A stretch of 64,000 nucleotides of DNA, from NCBI GenBank assembly GCA_032718475.1, contig JAUCBJ010004605.1, positions 1 to 64,000 of the forward strand, given 5' to 3'. Positions within the stretch are counted from its first letter, which is position 1. Each line of letters opens with the position of its first letter. This DNA is from Nemertoderma westbladi (taxonomy: Eukaryota; Animalia; Xenacoelomorpha). Both the position numbers and the translations under genes were made by a program. The notes under the pieces are model-generated. The model was not told the DNA's origin. It searched no databases and was given only the letters and a program-made list of their open reading frames with translations. Below are positions 13,129 to 28,100 of this stretch, piece after piece.

Positions 13129-16100
13129 GTTGGTGCGTGGAACTGTCATGTTATGTTGCCGATTGTGGGACAGTTGAGCACAGCTTAGCGAAATGGGTAT
13201 TGACATCCAGGTGAAAGAGGTACGGTAGCCCAAACCCTTTTTCGAGAGCAAACTTTCTTTTTCTAATTTGATGCAGCATATCAAATTAACATTTAGACAT
13301 GTCAAAATGTAATTGTCAAATTAATATTTTTAAGATGTCATAATGTCAAAATGTAAATTTGAAAATGATATTTTGACATGTCAAAATGACAATTTGAAAA
13401 ATACATTTTGACGTTGTAAATTTGAAATTGATATTTTGACATGTCATGTCTAAATGTGAATTTGGTATGCTGTATCAAATGATAAAAATAAAGTTTGCTC
13501 TCGAAAAAAGTACGGCCTCTTTTGGTCACCGTGAAGCGGAAACTACTGGTTGGAATTCTGGTGGCTGTAAACATTTCTGACCATTCCCGACATTGCTAAG
13601 CTGTATGCTCAATCAAAAATGATAACGATATATTGACGATAATATAACGGTATAATGATAATCCTATACAGTATCTCTATTGCATAGCTACTACACATAC
13701 ATGAATGAAATGTTCGTGAATGTTATTTATAAAATAAGCATCCAGCAAATAAGAATTCGTAAAATCTTTGAATGCTTCAGCTATTTTTCAACTAAATTCA
13801 GACATTAGTACATATGTGGAATCCTTACAACGAAAGCTTTTTAGTGATTATAGAAATAAGAGAGTGAATAGCGAAGAGTTTGATTTCGCAAAAGAAACCT
13901 TTTTAAAAGCTTAAAAAAATTTAGGCAAAATTTTAAAAATTTTTAGAAAACTTTGGGGGGGGGGGGTGTTGTGCGTGTCATCAGAAAATGACGCTATATT
14001 ACGGGTCATGGTGTAATACCAATTGTAATGATTAGAAAAGGAAGGGGATTCTTGCATTCAGGAAATCATGGGGGTTAAGTATGTGTGTATGTATGTCTGT
14101 CTGTCTACAATTCATGTAATCTAGAGTCCAGGCTGGCTTGTCACTCCAGGTAATAACAAACAGTTCCCTCCACTCTCAACCCAACCCCGTGTAGTTGACT
14201 ACTGGGGACTATAAGTAGTTAACTATAATTATTGGCTATTAAACTTGGTTGTCTCTAAAGTATCTGTTTTAGAGGATGTGTAGTGTGTACGTGTGTGCAG
14301 TAATGCTATTTTTGTTTGTCTATCGACGGCTTATTGTATAGAGTTCTGCCTGTTTTGGCTGTTTTAAGTTACCAAATTAATTTGCCTTCCATAGGACCCA
14401 CAAACACCAGCATAGAAGCTAATAGATGGCTGCCCGAAGAGCCATCAAATATAATTAGCCAATCAGCAGCTGGGAATACAACACTGGTAGAAGGAATGGC
14501 CAATCACCCGTACGGGAAATACCTTGCCAAGTATGGCACCAAGTTCCTGTGTGGAGTTCCTTTCTGTCAAACAAGTTTCAGAGAACACTTCCACTGCAAA
14601 TCCGCCGGATGTTACAATATGGTGAGTTGTGTGATAATGTTACAATATGGCGAGTTGTGTGATAATGTTACAATACAATATGGTAGGTTGTGTGATAATG
14701 TTACTGTTACAATATGGTAAGTTGTGTGATAATGTTACTGTTACTGTTACAATATGGTGAGTTGAGTGATCATGTTATAATATGGCGAGTTGTGTGATAA
14801 TGTTACAATATGGCGAGTTGTGTTATAATGTTACAATACAATATGGTAGGTTGTGTGATAATGTTACTGTTACAATATGGTGAGTTGTGTGATAATGTTA
14901 CAATATGGCGAGTTGTGTGATAATGTTACAATATGGCGAGTTGTGTGATAATGTTACAATACAATATGGTAAGTTGTGTGATAATATTACTGTTACAATA
15001 TGGTGAGTTGTGTGATAATGTTACAATATGGTGAGTTGTGTGATAATGTTACAATATGGCGAGTTGTGTGATAATGTTACAATATGGCGAGTTGTGTGAT
15101 AATGTTACAATACAATATGGTGAGTTGTGTGATAATGTTACAATATGGTGAGTTGTGTGATAATGTTACTGTTACAATATGGTGAGTTGTGTGATAATGT
15201 TACAATATGGCGAGTTGTGTGATAATGTTACAATACAATATGGTAAGTTGTGTGATAATGTTACTGTTACAATATGGTAAGTTGTGTGATAATGTTACTG
15301 TTACAATATGGTGAGTTGTGTGATAATGTTACTGTTACAATATGGTGTGTTGTGTGATAATGTTACAATATGGTGAGTTGTGTGATAATGTTACAATTGG
15401 TGAGTTGTGTGAGATAATATGTTACAATATGGTGAGTTGTGTGAGATAATAATGTTACAATATATGGTGAGTTGTGTGAGATAATATGTTACAATATGGT
15501 GAGTTGTGTGATAATGTTACAATATGGTGAGTTGTGTGAGATAATAATGTTACAATATGGTGAGTTGTGTGAGATAATATGTTACAATATGGTGAGTTGT
15601 GTGATAATGTTACAATATGGTGAGTTGTGTGAGATAATAATGTTACAATATATGGTGAGTTGTGTGAGATATAACGCTAGAAGTTTTATTTATTCAAAAC
15701 GCCAGCCTTTCTGGTTTAGCTGCTTCAAGAAGTCAGTCTGTTAATTTAATTAAAATTGAACCATATAACTTACTTACGCATAAGACTTAACTTTTCATAC
15801 TTATTTAATAAGCATATAGAGTCAGTGCTGTTATAAGTTAAACATGTGACTTGGAGGTACGTCACATAAGGAAAGGATAGCTAATTATCCGGATATCCGA
15901 TATGTTAATTAACCCACACGGTACATTTAGAAATTATCGCGAAAGGAAGATGTTATTCGCCATTTCAACTACCACAAGAAAAAAGACCAAAGCTTAGCCT
16001 ACGGGTTCATGAGATTCTGCCAGACGGAAAACTGCGACGCTTCGTACCCCGATTGTAAACTTAACAAACTTCATACTCACTACCACTGCTTGCAGGTAAA

Positions 16101-19100
16101 CAAAGCAATATTTAATAATTTATTGTTACGGTATTATTCTACACATGATAACGGCAATCATCGGGTTCCATCATACTTGAATTCGTATTTACTTTCAGTA
16201 TATATGAGATATCTATAGTTCTTTGTCAATTATTACTGATTTTTGTGAGGATCCTGGGGGAATAAAGAACATGATTGGGTGGATGGTTGGTTACGGATGT
16301 TGAACATTGGGAGTTAGTGTGGCACCCTCCCTGCCTTATAGGTAACAGCCAAGAGAACGCAGACAGGAACGCAGGTTGCCCCCAGTGTTTCCGGTTTCGC
16401 GGTCGTCCTACGATTGTACTGCATCTACTATGTATGCTAATTCCCTTGCAGAAAGGATGCCGCCGTGTGTACACCAGCACATCCGACGTTCTATCGCATA
16501 GAAACTTTCACGACAAATACTCGGCTTTGGTACACGATGGATTCCAACGGTACAGCGCGGCAGAAGATTGCGGGATATCGGTGTGTCCCTTCTACTGGGA
16601 CCGGACAACTCACTTCCACTGTCTGTAAGTGAATAACCAAATAACAACCAGCTTTCACTATCTGTATAACTAAGTAAGAACCTAATTCCATTGTCTGTAG
16701 CATAATATAACGCATAAGAAGGCTCTGTCTAATTGATATTTCCTAATTACAGGCGATCTGATTGTAACTTTGCGTTTAAACAGAAGTGCGACATAGAGAA
16801 ACACAAGGGTTACCACATCAGAGATTTCCAATATAGAGAACAAGGGTTCCGCAAATACAGCAAATATGAATTGTGTCCATTTAATGGTAATTTAAATATT
16901 AACTATTAACATATTGGGCCGGAGATATATAACAATCAGAAATTATTTATAAGTAACAAATTTTACTGTATAATTTAAAATACTAACTGTTTTAAATAAC
17001 ATAAAACAATTACATTCAAATAGGGTGTCAATTTAAGAACAGATACAATCACTTCCATTGCCTTATACCTGGGTGTGAGTTCAACTTTACGGCGGCCAAT
17101 CAGATAGCTGCACACAAACGCAAGCATGAACGACATGTACAACAAATCGCCGCGGAGAGACAAAAGAATGTGCGACCATATCTTAAAGATATTCACTTGG
17201 AAATTCCGCCGCCACATAATAATAATACACGGTCAGAAACCCAGGAAGAAAAAATAGTAAAATTAGAAGATTTTACTCCAAACACTAACACAGGTAGGTG
17301 TTAGGTTAGATTAAACGTTAGGTGTTATTATATTTACACCTATATCTTGTGTCTATAATCTAACTCTTATGTTATCACTAGACCTCCGGTCCTTGTCCGT
17401 CCATGTAACTATAATTATTACTATTTATTCCACAAAATTACGATTTATAGACGCCGTCTCTGGAATATAGATTGGCCTTTATTCCTACAAAGATGGGAGT
17501 GAAACAAAGGTACCTAAATATCGTGCGATTTTCTGTACTGGTACTGCTGTAAACATGCTAACCCTATCAAAACAGCAACACAATTCGTTAAATTTGGGCA
17601 GTACCTTTTATTTATAGGTACATATAGGTGGTACCTTTATAGGCAGCCGACTGTACCTGTACCTTTTAAGAATTTCAGCTAATAAGCAGATAAGTGATAT
17701 ATAAAGATTTATATTATTTTTCACTGCAATTTTATTTTAGCTAAGAAGACTTTTAATTAAGGGGGGCTTTGTTCATAATTTTAAAGCAGTTTTACCTTTT
17801 TTCTTTCAGTAATTTTAAAGTGTTGTTTAATCTGTGTTGTGATTATAATTAAGAATACCTTTTCCTCTTTACATTCCATTCAGTGTAAAAATTATTTTAA
17901 TAATGAAAACGTCTGCGACTTATGTAGTTAGCAGTTTCATATTTTGTTCATGTGAGACAAAAATACAAGCTAATAGCAATACTGCCTGGTGGTACAACAG
18001 CAGCACAGCATAACAAGCTCTGTCTACTTACACACATACAGTGAGAGTAGGCCTATGGAATATTCGGTTGCAATTCGATGTTGGGAAAAAAATTAAAAAG
18101 TAATTTGTGTTCGAGTTACGTTTTAAGTTAATTTAAATTAGTTTCTTTAAATTAGTATTACCGTAAATTAGTTTTCAATATATTATCATCACTGAACCTG
18201 TATTCTGTCGTATTATTTACATTATTTTGGAGGGATCCCTTTTGGATGTCCTTATTCCTCACACGTGTTTGTTTGTTTGTTTGTGGGTTTGTTTGTGTGT
18301 TTGTACACACAACTTCTTTCACCTAATGTTGATGGAATTGGATGAAACTCTGATGATAGGTTCATGTTGTGCTCAGCTTGTGTATGCAAGGTTTTGGTTG
18401 CTAGGGACCTGTTGGTTGCCTAGCAACAGTGAAATTAATTCTATAATGACTGATTATAATCGTATAATTCACTCAATCAAAATTCTGTCGACACCCCATA
18501 GGGAGTATCTATTGGACTTGCTTTCTGCAAAATTTCGCTTTATTTCGTTCAGAATTGTAGATACATTTCCTACTGACAGTGTTTTTTTTAACCTACAGTA
18601 CTTTACTACTATACAGTATATACATACTATTGCCCGATGTTTCGTTATTAGGCTGCCCTGCATAGACGCGTAATTTATTACAACAATATTGATAGCAATG
18701 GATCCGTCCATTATTGCCAGCTCTCGCTGGCAAGCTTGTAAAACTTGTTTATTACATTTTCACATTAGATACAACCACAAGAGACCACAAAGCGATAAAA
18801 CAAGAGCAACGCAAACCAACTTCGACCGAGGGATACCTAACACCTCCGAAACTATCTATTGACGAAAGGAATAGAGTCCCCAGGGATTGCGACAACACAC
18901 CCGATAATTACAAATTACCCGGTAATTACAAATTAGCCAATCAAATTCAACAGGTCTTAAATCCCATACTCCTCCACGCCAATGCTGATAGTCCCCATAA
19001 GTTAAAAGCAATAAATTCTGCGAGCCAAATCATAGGGCAGGATGGTTCTTTATCTAATGAGGCTAGGGGAATGTTACAACTTGCACAAAGTTTGGATATG

Positions 19101-22100
19101 AAGGTTAGCATTACATTATTTGATATTTTTAATCTAATTCTCAAGCTTCGAAAAGTAAAGAATGGCCGATGTAGGAACAAATTAAATGAAATATCGACGG
19201 GTCAGGTCAGACAAACATACAATTAGAGAGATACACCGTTAGCTTATCAACTCAACAAAACCTGTACATTTCCAATATATTTCAGGGAACCAATTTAGAT
19301 ATGGGAATGTCATTGAATCTCAGCTCAGGAACGATGGAGTCGGGGAGCCCCATCGATGCAACTATTACACAATATCAAGAATTGATCTGTTTTTGTGCAA
19401 ATAACCGCTTTTCATTCCACGACAATAAGTAAGTTGAATTAGTAAGATTAAGACTTGGGGTGGGGATGGAGGTGGGGGTGTGGGTTTGGGTGGGGGTGGG
19501 GGTGGTGGGGGTTCCGTTTCCCATAACCCTTCTGCTGAATGTTAGCTAAATAACTACCATTACCTCTATGGGGTATAGTTCCGGGGGGACCACATAGAAA
19601 AATAAGTCATCAGACTTTGTGCGTAAACCCAAACTGCTCGGCCGAAGTAAACGTTCCTTTTTACTCATTTGCTTTTTACCATGGATATATACTTTGCCCA
19701 AACATTGTCAATGTTTGTTACAGAAATCCCTGTTCGGCAAAAAAATGCAAATATTCCCGGAAACAAGAAGTCCATGTTCACTGCACCGAATATCTATGTC
19801 CATTCGCGTCCAAAGAAAGTAAAGAAATTGGAGAACATTACACGAAACATACACAGGTGAGTAGCGAACATTACACGAAACATACACAGGTGAGTGGAGA
19901 ACATTACACGAAACATACACAGGTGAGTGGAGAACATTACACGAAACATACACAGGTGAGTAGCGAACGAGTAGAGAACATTACACGAAACATACACAGG
20001 TGAGTAGCGAACGAGTGGAGAACATTACACGAAACATACACAGGTGAGTAGCGAACGAGTAAAGAGAACATTACACGAAACATACACAGGTGAGTAGAGA
20101 ACGAGTGGAGAACATTACACGAAACATACACAGGTGAGTGGAGAACATTACACGAAACATACACAGGTGAGTAGAGAACGAGTGGAGAACATTACACGAA
20201 ACATACACAGGTGAGTAGCGAACGAGTAAAGAGAACATTACACGAAACATACACAGGTGAGTAGAGAACGAGTGGAGAACATTACACGAAACATACACAG
20301 GTGAGTGGAGAACATTACACGAAACATACACAGGTGAGTAGCGAACGAGTGGAGAACATTACACGAAACATACACAGGTGAGTAGCGAACGAGTGGAGAA
20401 CATTACACGAAACATACACAGGTGAGTAGCGAACGAGTGGAGAACATTACACGAAACATACACAGGTGAGTAGCGAACGAGTAGAGAACATTACACGAAA
20501 CATACACAGGTGAGTAGCGAACGAGTAAAGAGAACATTACACGAAACATACACAGGTGAGTAGCGAACGAGTGGAGAACATTACACGAAACATACACAGG
20601 TGAGTAGCGAACGAGTGGAGAACATTACACGAAACATACACAGGTGAGTAGAGAACGAGTAAAGAGAACATTACACGAAACATACACAGGTGAGTGGAGA
20701 ACATTACACGAAACATACACAGGTGAGTAGCGAACGAGTGGAGAACATTACACGAAACATACACAGGTGAGTAGCGAACGAGTGGAGAACATTACACGAA
20801 ACATACACAGGTGAGTAGAGAACATTACACGAAACATACACAGGTGAGTAGAGAACATTACACGAAACATACACAGGTGAGTAGAGAACATTACACGAAA
20901 CATACACAGGTGAGTAGAGAACATTACACGAAACATACACAGGTGAGTAGAGAACATTACACGAAACATACACAGGTGAGTAGCGAACGAGTGGAGAACA
21001 TTACACGAAACATACACAGGTGAGTAGCGAACGAGTGGAGAACATTACACGAAACATACACAGGTGAGTAGAGAACATTACACGAAACATACACAGGTGA
21101 GTAGCGAACGAGTGGAGAACATTACACGAAACATACACAGGTGAGTAGAGAACATTACACGAAACATACACAGGTGAGTAGAGAACGTTACACGAAACAT
21201 ACACAGGTGAGTGGAGAACGAGTGGAGAACATTACACGAAACATACACAGGTGAGTAGAGAACATTACACGAAACATACACAGGTGAGTAGCGAACGAGT
21301 GGAGAACATTACACGAAACATACACAGGTGAGTAGCGAACATTACACGAAACATACACAGGTGAGTGGAGAACGAGTGGAGAACATTACACGAAACATAC
21401 ACAGGTGAGTAGAGAACATTACACGAAACATACACAGGTGAGTAGCGAACGAGTGGAGAACATTACACGAAACATACACAGGTGAGTAGCGAACGAGTGG
21501 AGAACATTACACGAAACATACACAGGTGAGTAGCGAACGAGTGGAGAACATTACACGAAACATACACAGGTGAGTAGAGAACATTACACGAAACATACAC
21601 AGGTGAGTGGAGAACATTACACGAAACATACACAGGTGAGTAGCGAACGAGTGGAGAACATTACACGAAACATACACAGGTGAGTAGAGAACATTACACG
21701 AAACATACACAGGTGAGTGGAGAACATTACACGAAACATACACAGGTGAGTGGAGAACGAGTGGAGAACATTACACGAAACATACACAGGTGAGTAGCGA
21801 ACGAGTGGAGAACATTACACGAAACATACACAGGTGAGTAGCGAACGAGTGGAGAACATTACACGAAACATACACAGGTGAGTAGAGAACATTACACGAA
21901 ACATACACAGGTGAGTGGAGAACATTACACGAAACATACACAGGTGAGTAGCGAACGAGTGGAGAACATTACACGAAACATACACAGGTGAGTAGAGAAC
22001 ATTACACGAAACATACACAGGTGAGTGGAGAACATTACACGAAACATACACAGGTGAGTGGAGAACATTACACGAAACATACACAGGTGAGTAGCGAACG

Positions 22101-25100
22101 AGTGGAGAACATTACACGAAACATACACAGGTGAGTAGCGAACGAGTAGAGAACATTACACGAAACATACACAGGTGAGTAGCGAACATTACACGAAACA
22201 TACACAGGTGAGTAGAGAACATTACACGAAACATACACAGGTGAGTGGAGAACATTACACGAAACATACACAGGTGAGTAGCGAACGAGTGGAGAACATT
22301 ACACGAAACATACACAGGTGAGTAGCGAACGAGTGGAGAACATTACACGAAACATACACAGGTGAGTAGCGAACGAGTGGAGAACATTACACGAAACATA
22401 CACAGGTGAGTAGAGAACATTACACGAAACATACACAGGTGAGTGGAGAACATTACACGAAACATACACAGGTGAGTAGCGAACGAGTGGAGAACATTAC
22501 ACGAAACATACACAGGTGAGTAGAGAACATTACACGAAACATACACAGGTGAGTGGAGAACATTACACGAAACATACACAGGTGAGTGGAGAACATTACA
22601 CGAAACATACACAGGTGAGTAGCGAACGAGTGGAGAACATTACACGAAACATACACAGGTGAGTAGCGAACGAGTAGAGAACATTACACGAAACATACAC
22701 AGGTGAGTAGCGAACATTACACGAAACATACACAGGTGAGTAGAGAACATTACACGAAACATACACAGGTGAGTAGCGAACATTACACGAAACATACACA
22801 GGTGAGTAGAGAACATTACACGAAACATACACAGGTGAGTGGAGAACATTACACGAAACATACACAGGTGAGTAGAGAACATTACACGAAACATACACAG
22901 GTGAGTAGCGAACATTACACGAAACATACACAGGTGAGTAGAGAACATTACACGAAACATACACAGGTGAGTGGAGAACATTACACGAAACATACACAGG
23001 TGAGTGGAGAACATTACACGAAACATACACAGGTGAGTAGAGAACATTACACGAAACATACACAGGTGAGTGGAGAACATTACACGAAACATACACAGGT
23101 GAGTAGCGAACGAGTGGAGAACATTACACGAAACATACACAGGTGAGTAGCGAACATTACACGAAACATACACAGGTGAGTAGAGAACATTACACGAAAC
23201 ATACACAGGTGAGTGGAGAACATTACACGAAACATACACAGGTGAGTAGAGAACATTACACGAAACATACACAGGTGAGTGGAGAACATTACACGAAACA
23301 TACACAGGTGAGTGGAGAACATTACACGAAACATACACAGGTGAGTGGAGAACATTACACGAAACATACACAGGTGAGTGGAGAACATTACACGAAACAT
23401 ACACAGGTGAGTAGCGAACGAGTGGAGAACATTACACGAAACATACACAGGTGAGTAGCGAACATTACACGAAACATACACAGGTGAGTGGAGAACATTA
23501 CACGAAACATACACAGGTGAGTGGAGAACATTACACGAAACATACACAGGTGAGTAGAGAACATTACACGAAACATACACAGGTGAGTGGAGAACATTAC
23601 ACGAAACATACACAGGTGAGTAGCGAACGAGTGGAGAACATTACACGAAACATACACAGGTGAGTAGCGAACATTACACGAAACATACACAGGTGAGTAG
23701 AGAACATTACACGAAACATACACAGGTGAGTGGAGAACATTACACGAAACATACACAGGTGAGTAGAGAACATTACACGAAACATACACAGGTGAGTGGA
23801 GAACATTACACGAAACATACACAGGTGAGTGGAGAACATTACACGAAACATACACAGGTGAGTGGAGAACATTACACGAAACATACACAGGTGAGTGGAG
23901 AACATTACACGAAACATACACAGGTGAGTAGCGAACGAGTGGAGAACATTACACGAAACATACACAGGTGAGTAGCGAACATTACACGAAACATACACAG
24001 GTGAGTGGAGAACATTACACGAAACATACACAGGTGAGTGGAGAACATTACACGAAACATACACAGGTGAGTAGAGAACATTACACGAAACATACACAGG
24101 TGAGTGGAGAACATTACACGAAACATACACAGGTGAGTAGCGAACGAGTGGAGAACATTACACGAAACATACACAGGTGAGTAGCGAACATTACACGAAA
24201 CATACACAGGTGAGTAGAGAACATTACACGAAACATACACAGGTGAGTGGAGAACATTACACGAAACATACACAGGTGAGTAGAGAACATTACACGAAAC
24301 ATACACAGGTGAGTGGAGAACATTACACGAAACATACACAGGTGAGTGGAGAACATTACACGAAACATACACAGGTGAGTGGAGAACATTACACGAAACA
24401 TACACAGGTGAGTGGAGAACATTACACGAAACATACACAGGTGAGTAGCGAACGAGTGGAGAACATTACACGAAACATACACAGGTGAGTAGCGAACATT
24501 ACACGAAACATACACAGGTGAGTGGAGAACATTACACGAAACATACACAGGTGAGTGGAGAACATTACACGAAACATACACAGGTGAGTGGAGAACATTA
24601 CACGAAACATACACAGGTGAGTGGAGAACATTACACGAAACATACACAGGTGAGTAGCGAACGAGTGGAGAACATTACACGAAACATACACAGGTGAGTA
24701 GCGAACATTACACGAAACATACACAGGTGAGTGGAGAACATTACACGAAACATACACAGGTGAGTGGAGAACATTACACGAAACATACACAGGTGAGTGG
24801 AGAACATTACACGAAACATACACAGGTGAGTAGCGAACGAGTGGAGAACATTACACGAAACATACACAGGTGAGTAGCGAACGAGTAAAGAGAACATTAC
24901 ACGAAACATACACAGGTGAGTGGAGAACATTACACGAAACATACACAGGTGAGTAGCGAACGAGTGGAGAACATTACACGAAACATACACAGGTGAGTAG
25001 CGAACGAGTGGAGAACATTACACGAAACATACACAGGTGAGTAGCGAACGAGTAAGAGAACATTACACGAAACATACACAGGTGAGTGGAGAACATTACA

Positions 25101-28100
25101 CGAAACATACACAGGTGAGTAGCGAACGAGTGGAGAACATTACACGAAACATACACAGGTGAGTAGCGAACGAGTGGAGAACATTACACGAAACATACAC
25201 AGGTGAGTAGCGAACGAGTGGAGAACATTACACGAAACATACACAGGTGAGTAGAGAACATTACACGAAACATACACAGGTGAGTGGAGAACATTACACG
25301 AAACATACACAGGTGAGTAGCGAACATTACACGAAACATACACAGGTGAGTAGCGAACATTACACGAAACATACACAGGTGAGTAGCGAACGAGTGGAGA
25401 ACATTACACGAAACATACACAGGTGAGTGGAGAACATTACACGAAACATACACAGGTGAGTAGCGAACGAGTGGAGAACATTACACGAAACATACACAGG
25501 TGAGTAGCGAACGAGTGGAGAACATTACACGAAACATACACAGGTGAGTAGCGAACGAGTGGAGAACATTACACGAAACATACACAGGTGAGTAGAGAAC
25601 ATTACACGAAACATACACAGGTGAGTGGAGAACATTACACGAAACATACACAGGTGAGTGGAGAACATTACACGAAACATACACAGGTGAGTAGCGAACA
25701 TTACACGAAACATACACAGGTGGGTGGAGAACATTACACGAAACATACACAGGTGAGTAGCGAACGAGTGGAGAACATTACACGAAACATACACAGGTGA
25801 GTAGAGAACATTACACGAAACATACACAGGTGAGTGGAGAACATTACACGAAACATACACAGGTGAGTAGCGAACGAGTGGAGAACATTACACGAAACAT
25901 ACACAGGTGAGTAGCGAACGAGTGGAGAACATTACACGAAACATACACAGGTGAGTAGCGAACGAGTGGAGAACATTACACGAAACATACACAGGTGAGT
26001 AGAGAACATTACACGAAACATACACAGGTGAGTAGCGAACATTACACGAAACATACACAGGTGAGTAGCGAACATTACACGAAACATACACAGGTGAGTA
26101 GCGAACGAGTGGAGAACATTACACGAAACATACACAGGTGAGTAGCGAACGAGTGGAGAACATTACACGAAACATACACAGGTGAGTAGCGAACGAGTAG
26201 AGAACATTACACGAAACATACACAGGTGAGTGGAGAACATTACACGAAACATACACAGGTGAGTAGCGAACGAGTGGAGAACATTACACGAAACATACAC
26301 AGGTGAGTAGCGAACGAGTGGAGAACATTACACGAAACATACACAGGTGAGTAGCGAACGAGTAGAGAACATTACACGAAACATACACAGGTGAGTGGAG
26401 AACATTACACGAAACATACACAGGTGAGTAGCGAACGAGTGGAGAACATTACACGAAACATACACAGGTGAGTAGCGAACGAGTGGAGAACATTACACGA
26501 AACATACACAGGTGAGTAGCGAACGAGTGGAGAACATTACACGAAACATACACAGGTGAGTAGAGAACATTACACGAAACATACACAGGTGAGTAGCGAA
26601 CATTACACGAAACATACACAGGTGAGTAGCGAACATTACACGAAACATACACAGGTGAGTAGCGAACGAGTGGAGAACATTACACGAAACATACACAGGT
26701 GAGTAGCGAACGAGTGGAGAACATTACACGAAACATACACAGGTGAGTAGCGAACGAGTAGAGAACATTACACGAAACATACACAGGTGAGTGGAGAACA
26801 TTACACGAAACATACACAGGTGAGTAGCGAACGAGTGGAGAACATTACACGAAACATACACAGGTGAGTAGCGAACGAGTGGAGAACATTACACGAAACA
26901 TACACAGGTGAGTAGCGAACGAGTAGAGAACATTACACGAAACATACACAGGTGAGTGGAGAACATTACACGAAACATACACAGGTGAGTAGCGAACGAG
27001 TGGAGAACATTACACGAAACATACACAGGTGAGTAGCGAACGAGTGGAGAACATTACACGAAACATACACAGGTGAGTAGCGAACGAGTGGAGAACATTA
27101 CACGAAACATACACAGGTGAGTAGAGAACATTACACGAAACATACACAGGTGAGTGGAGAACATTACACGAAACATACACAGGTGAGTAGCGAACATTAC
27201 ACGAAACATACACAGGTGAGTAGCGAACATTACACGAAACATACACAGGTGAGTAGCGAACGAGTGGAGAACATTACACGAAACATACACAGGTGAGTAG
27301 AGAACATTACACGAAACATACACAGGTGAGTAGCGAACATTACACGAAACATACACAGGTGAGTAGCGAACATTACACGAAACATACACAGGTGAGTAGC
27401 GAACGAGTGGAGAACATTACACGAAACATACACAGGTGAGTAGCGAACATTACACGAAACATACACAGGTGAGTAGCGAACGAGTGGAGAACATTACACG
27501 AAACATACACAGGTGAGTAGCGAACGTGTGGAGAACATTACACGAAACATACACAGGTGAGTAGCGAACATTACACGAAACATACACAGGTGAGTAGAGA
27601 ACATTACACGAAACATACACAGGTGAGTGGAGAACATTACACGAAACATACACAGGTGAGTGGAGAACATTACACGAAACATACACAGGTGAGTAGCGAA
27701 CGTGTGGAGAACATTACACGAAACATACACAGGTGAGTAGCGAACATTACACGAAACATACACAGGTGAGTAGAGAACATTACACGAAACATACACAGGT
27801 GAGTGGAGAACATTACACGAAACATACACAGGTGAGTGGAGAACATTACACGAAACATACACAGGTGAGTAGCGAACATTACACGAAACATACACAGGTG
27901 GGTGGAGAACATTACACGAAACATACACAGGTGAGTAGCGAACGAGTGGAGAACATTACACGAAACATACACAGGTGAGTAGAGAACATTACACGAAACA
28001 TACACAGGTGAGTGGAGAACATTACACGAAACATACACAGGTGAGTAGCGAACATTACACGAAACATACACAGGTGAGTAGCGAACATTACACGAAACAT

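Noticed and set aside
13129-13214. Treating ORF 12090-13214 as a standalone single-exon gene
   Set aside because: A phase-compatible donor at 13129 links it to the castor finger exons; the remainder is probably intron.
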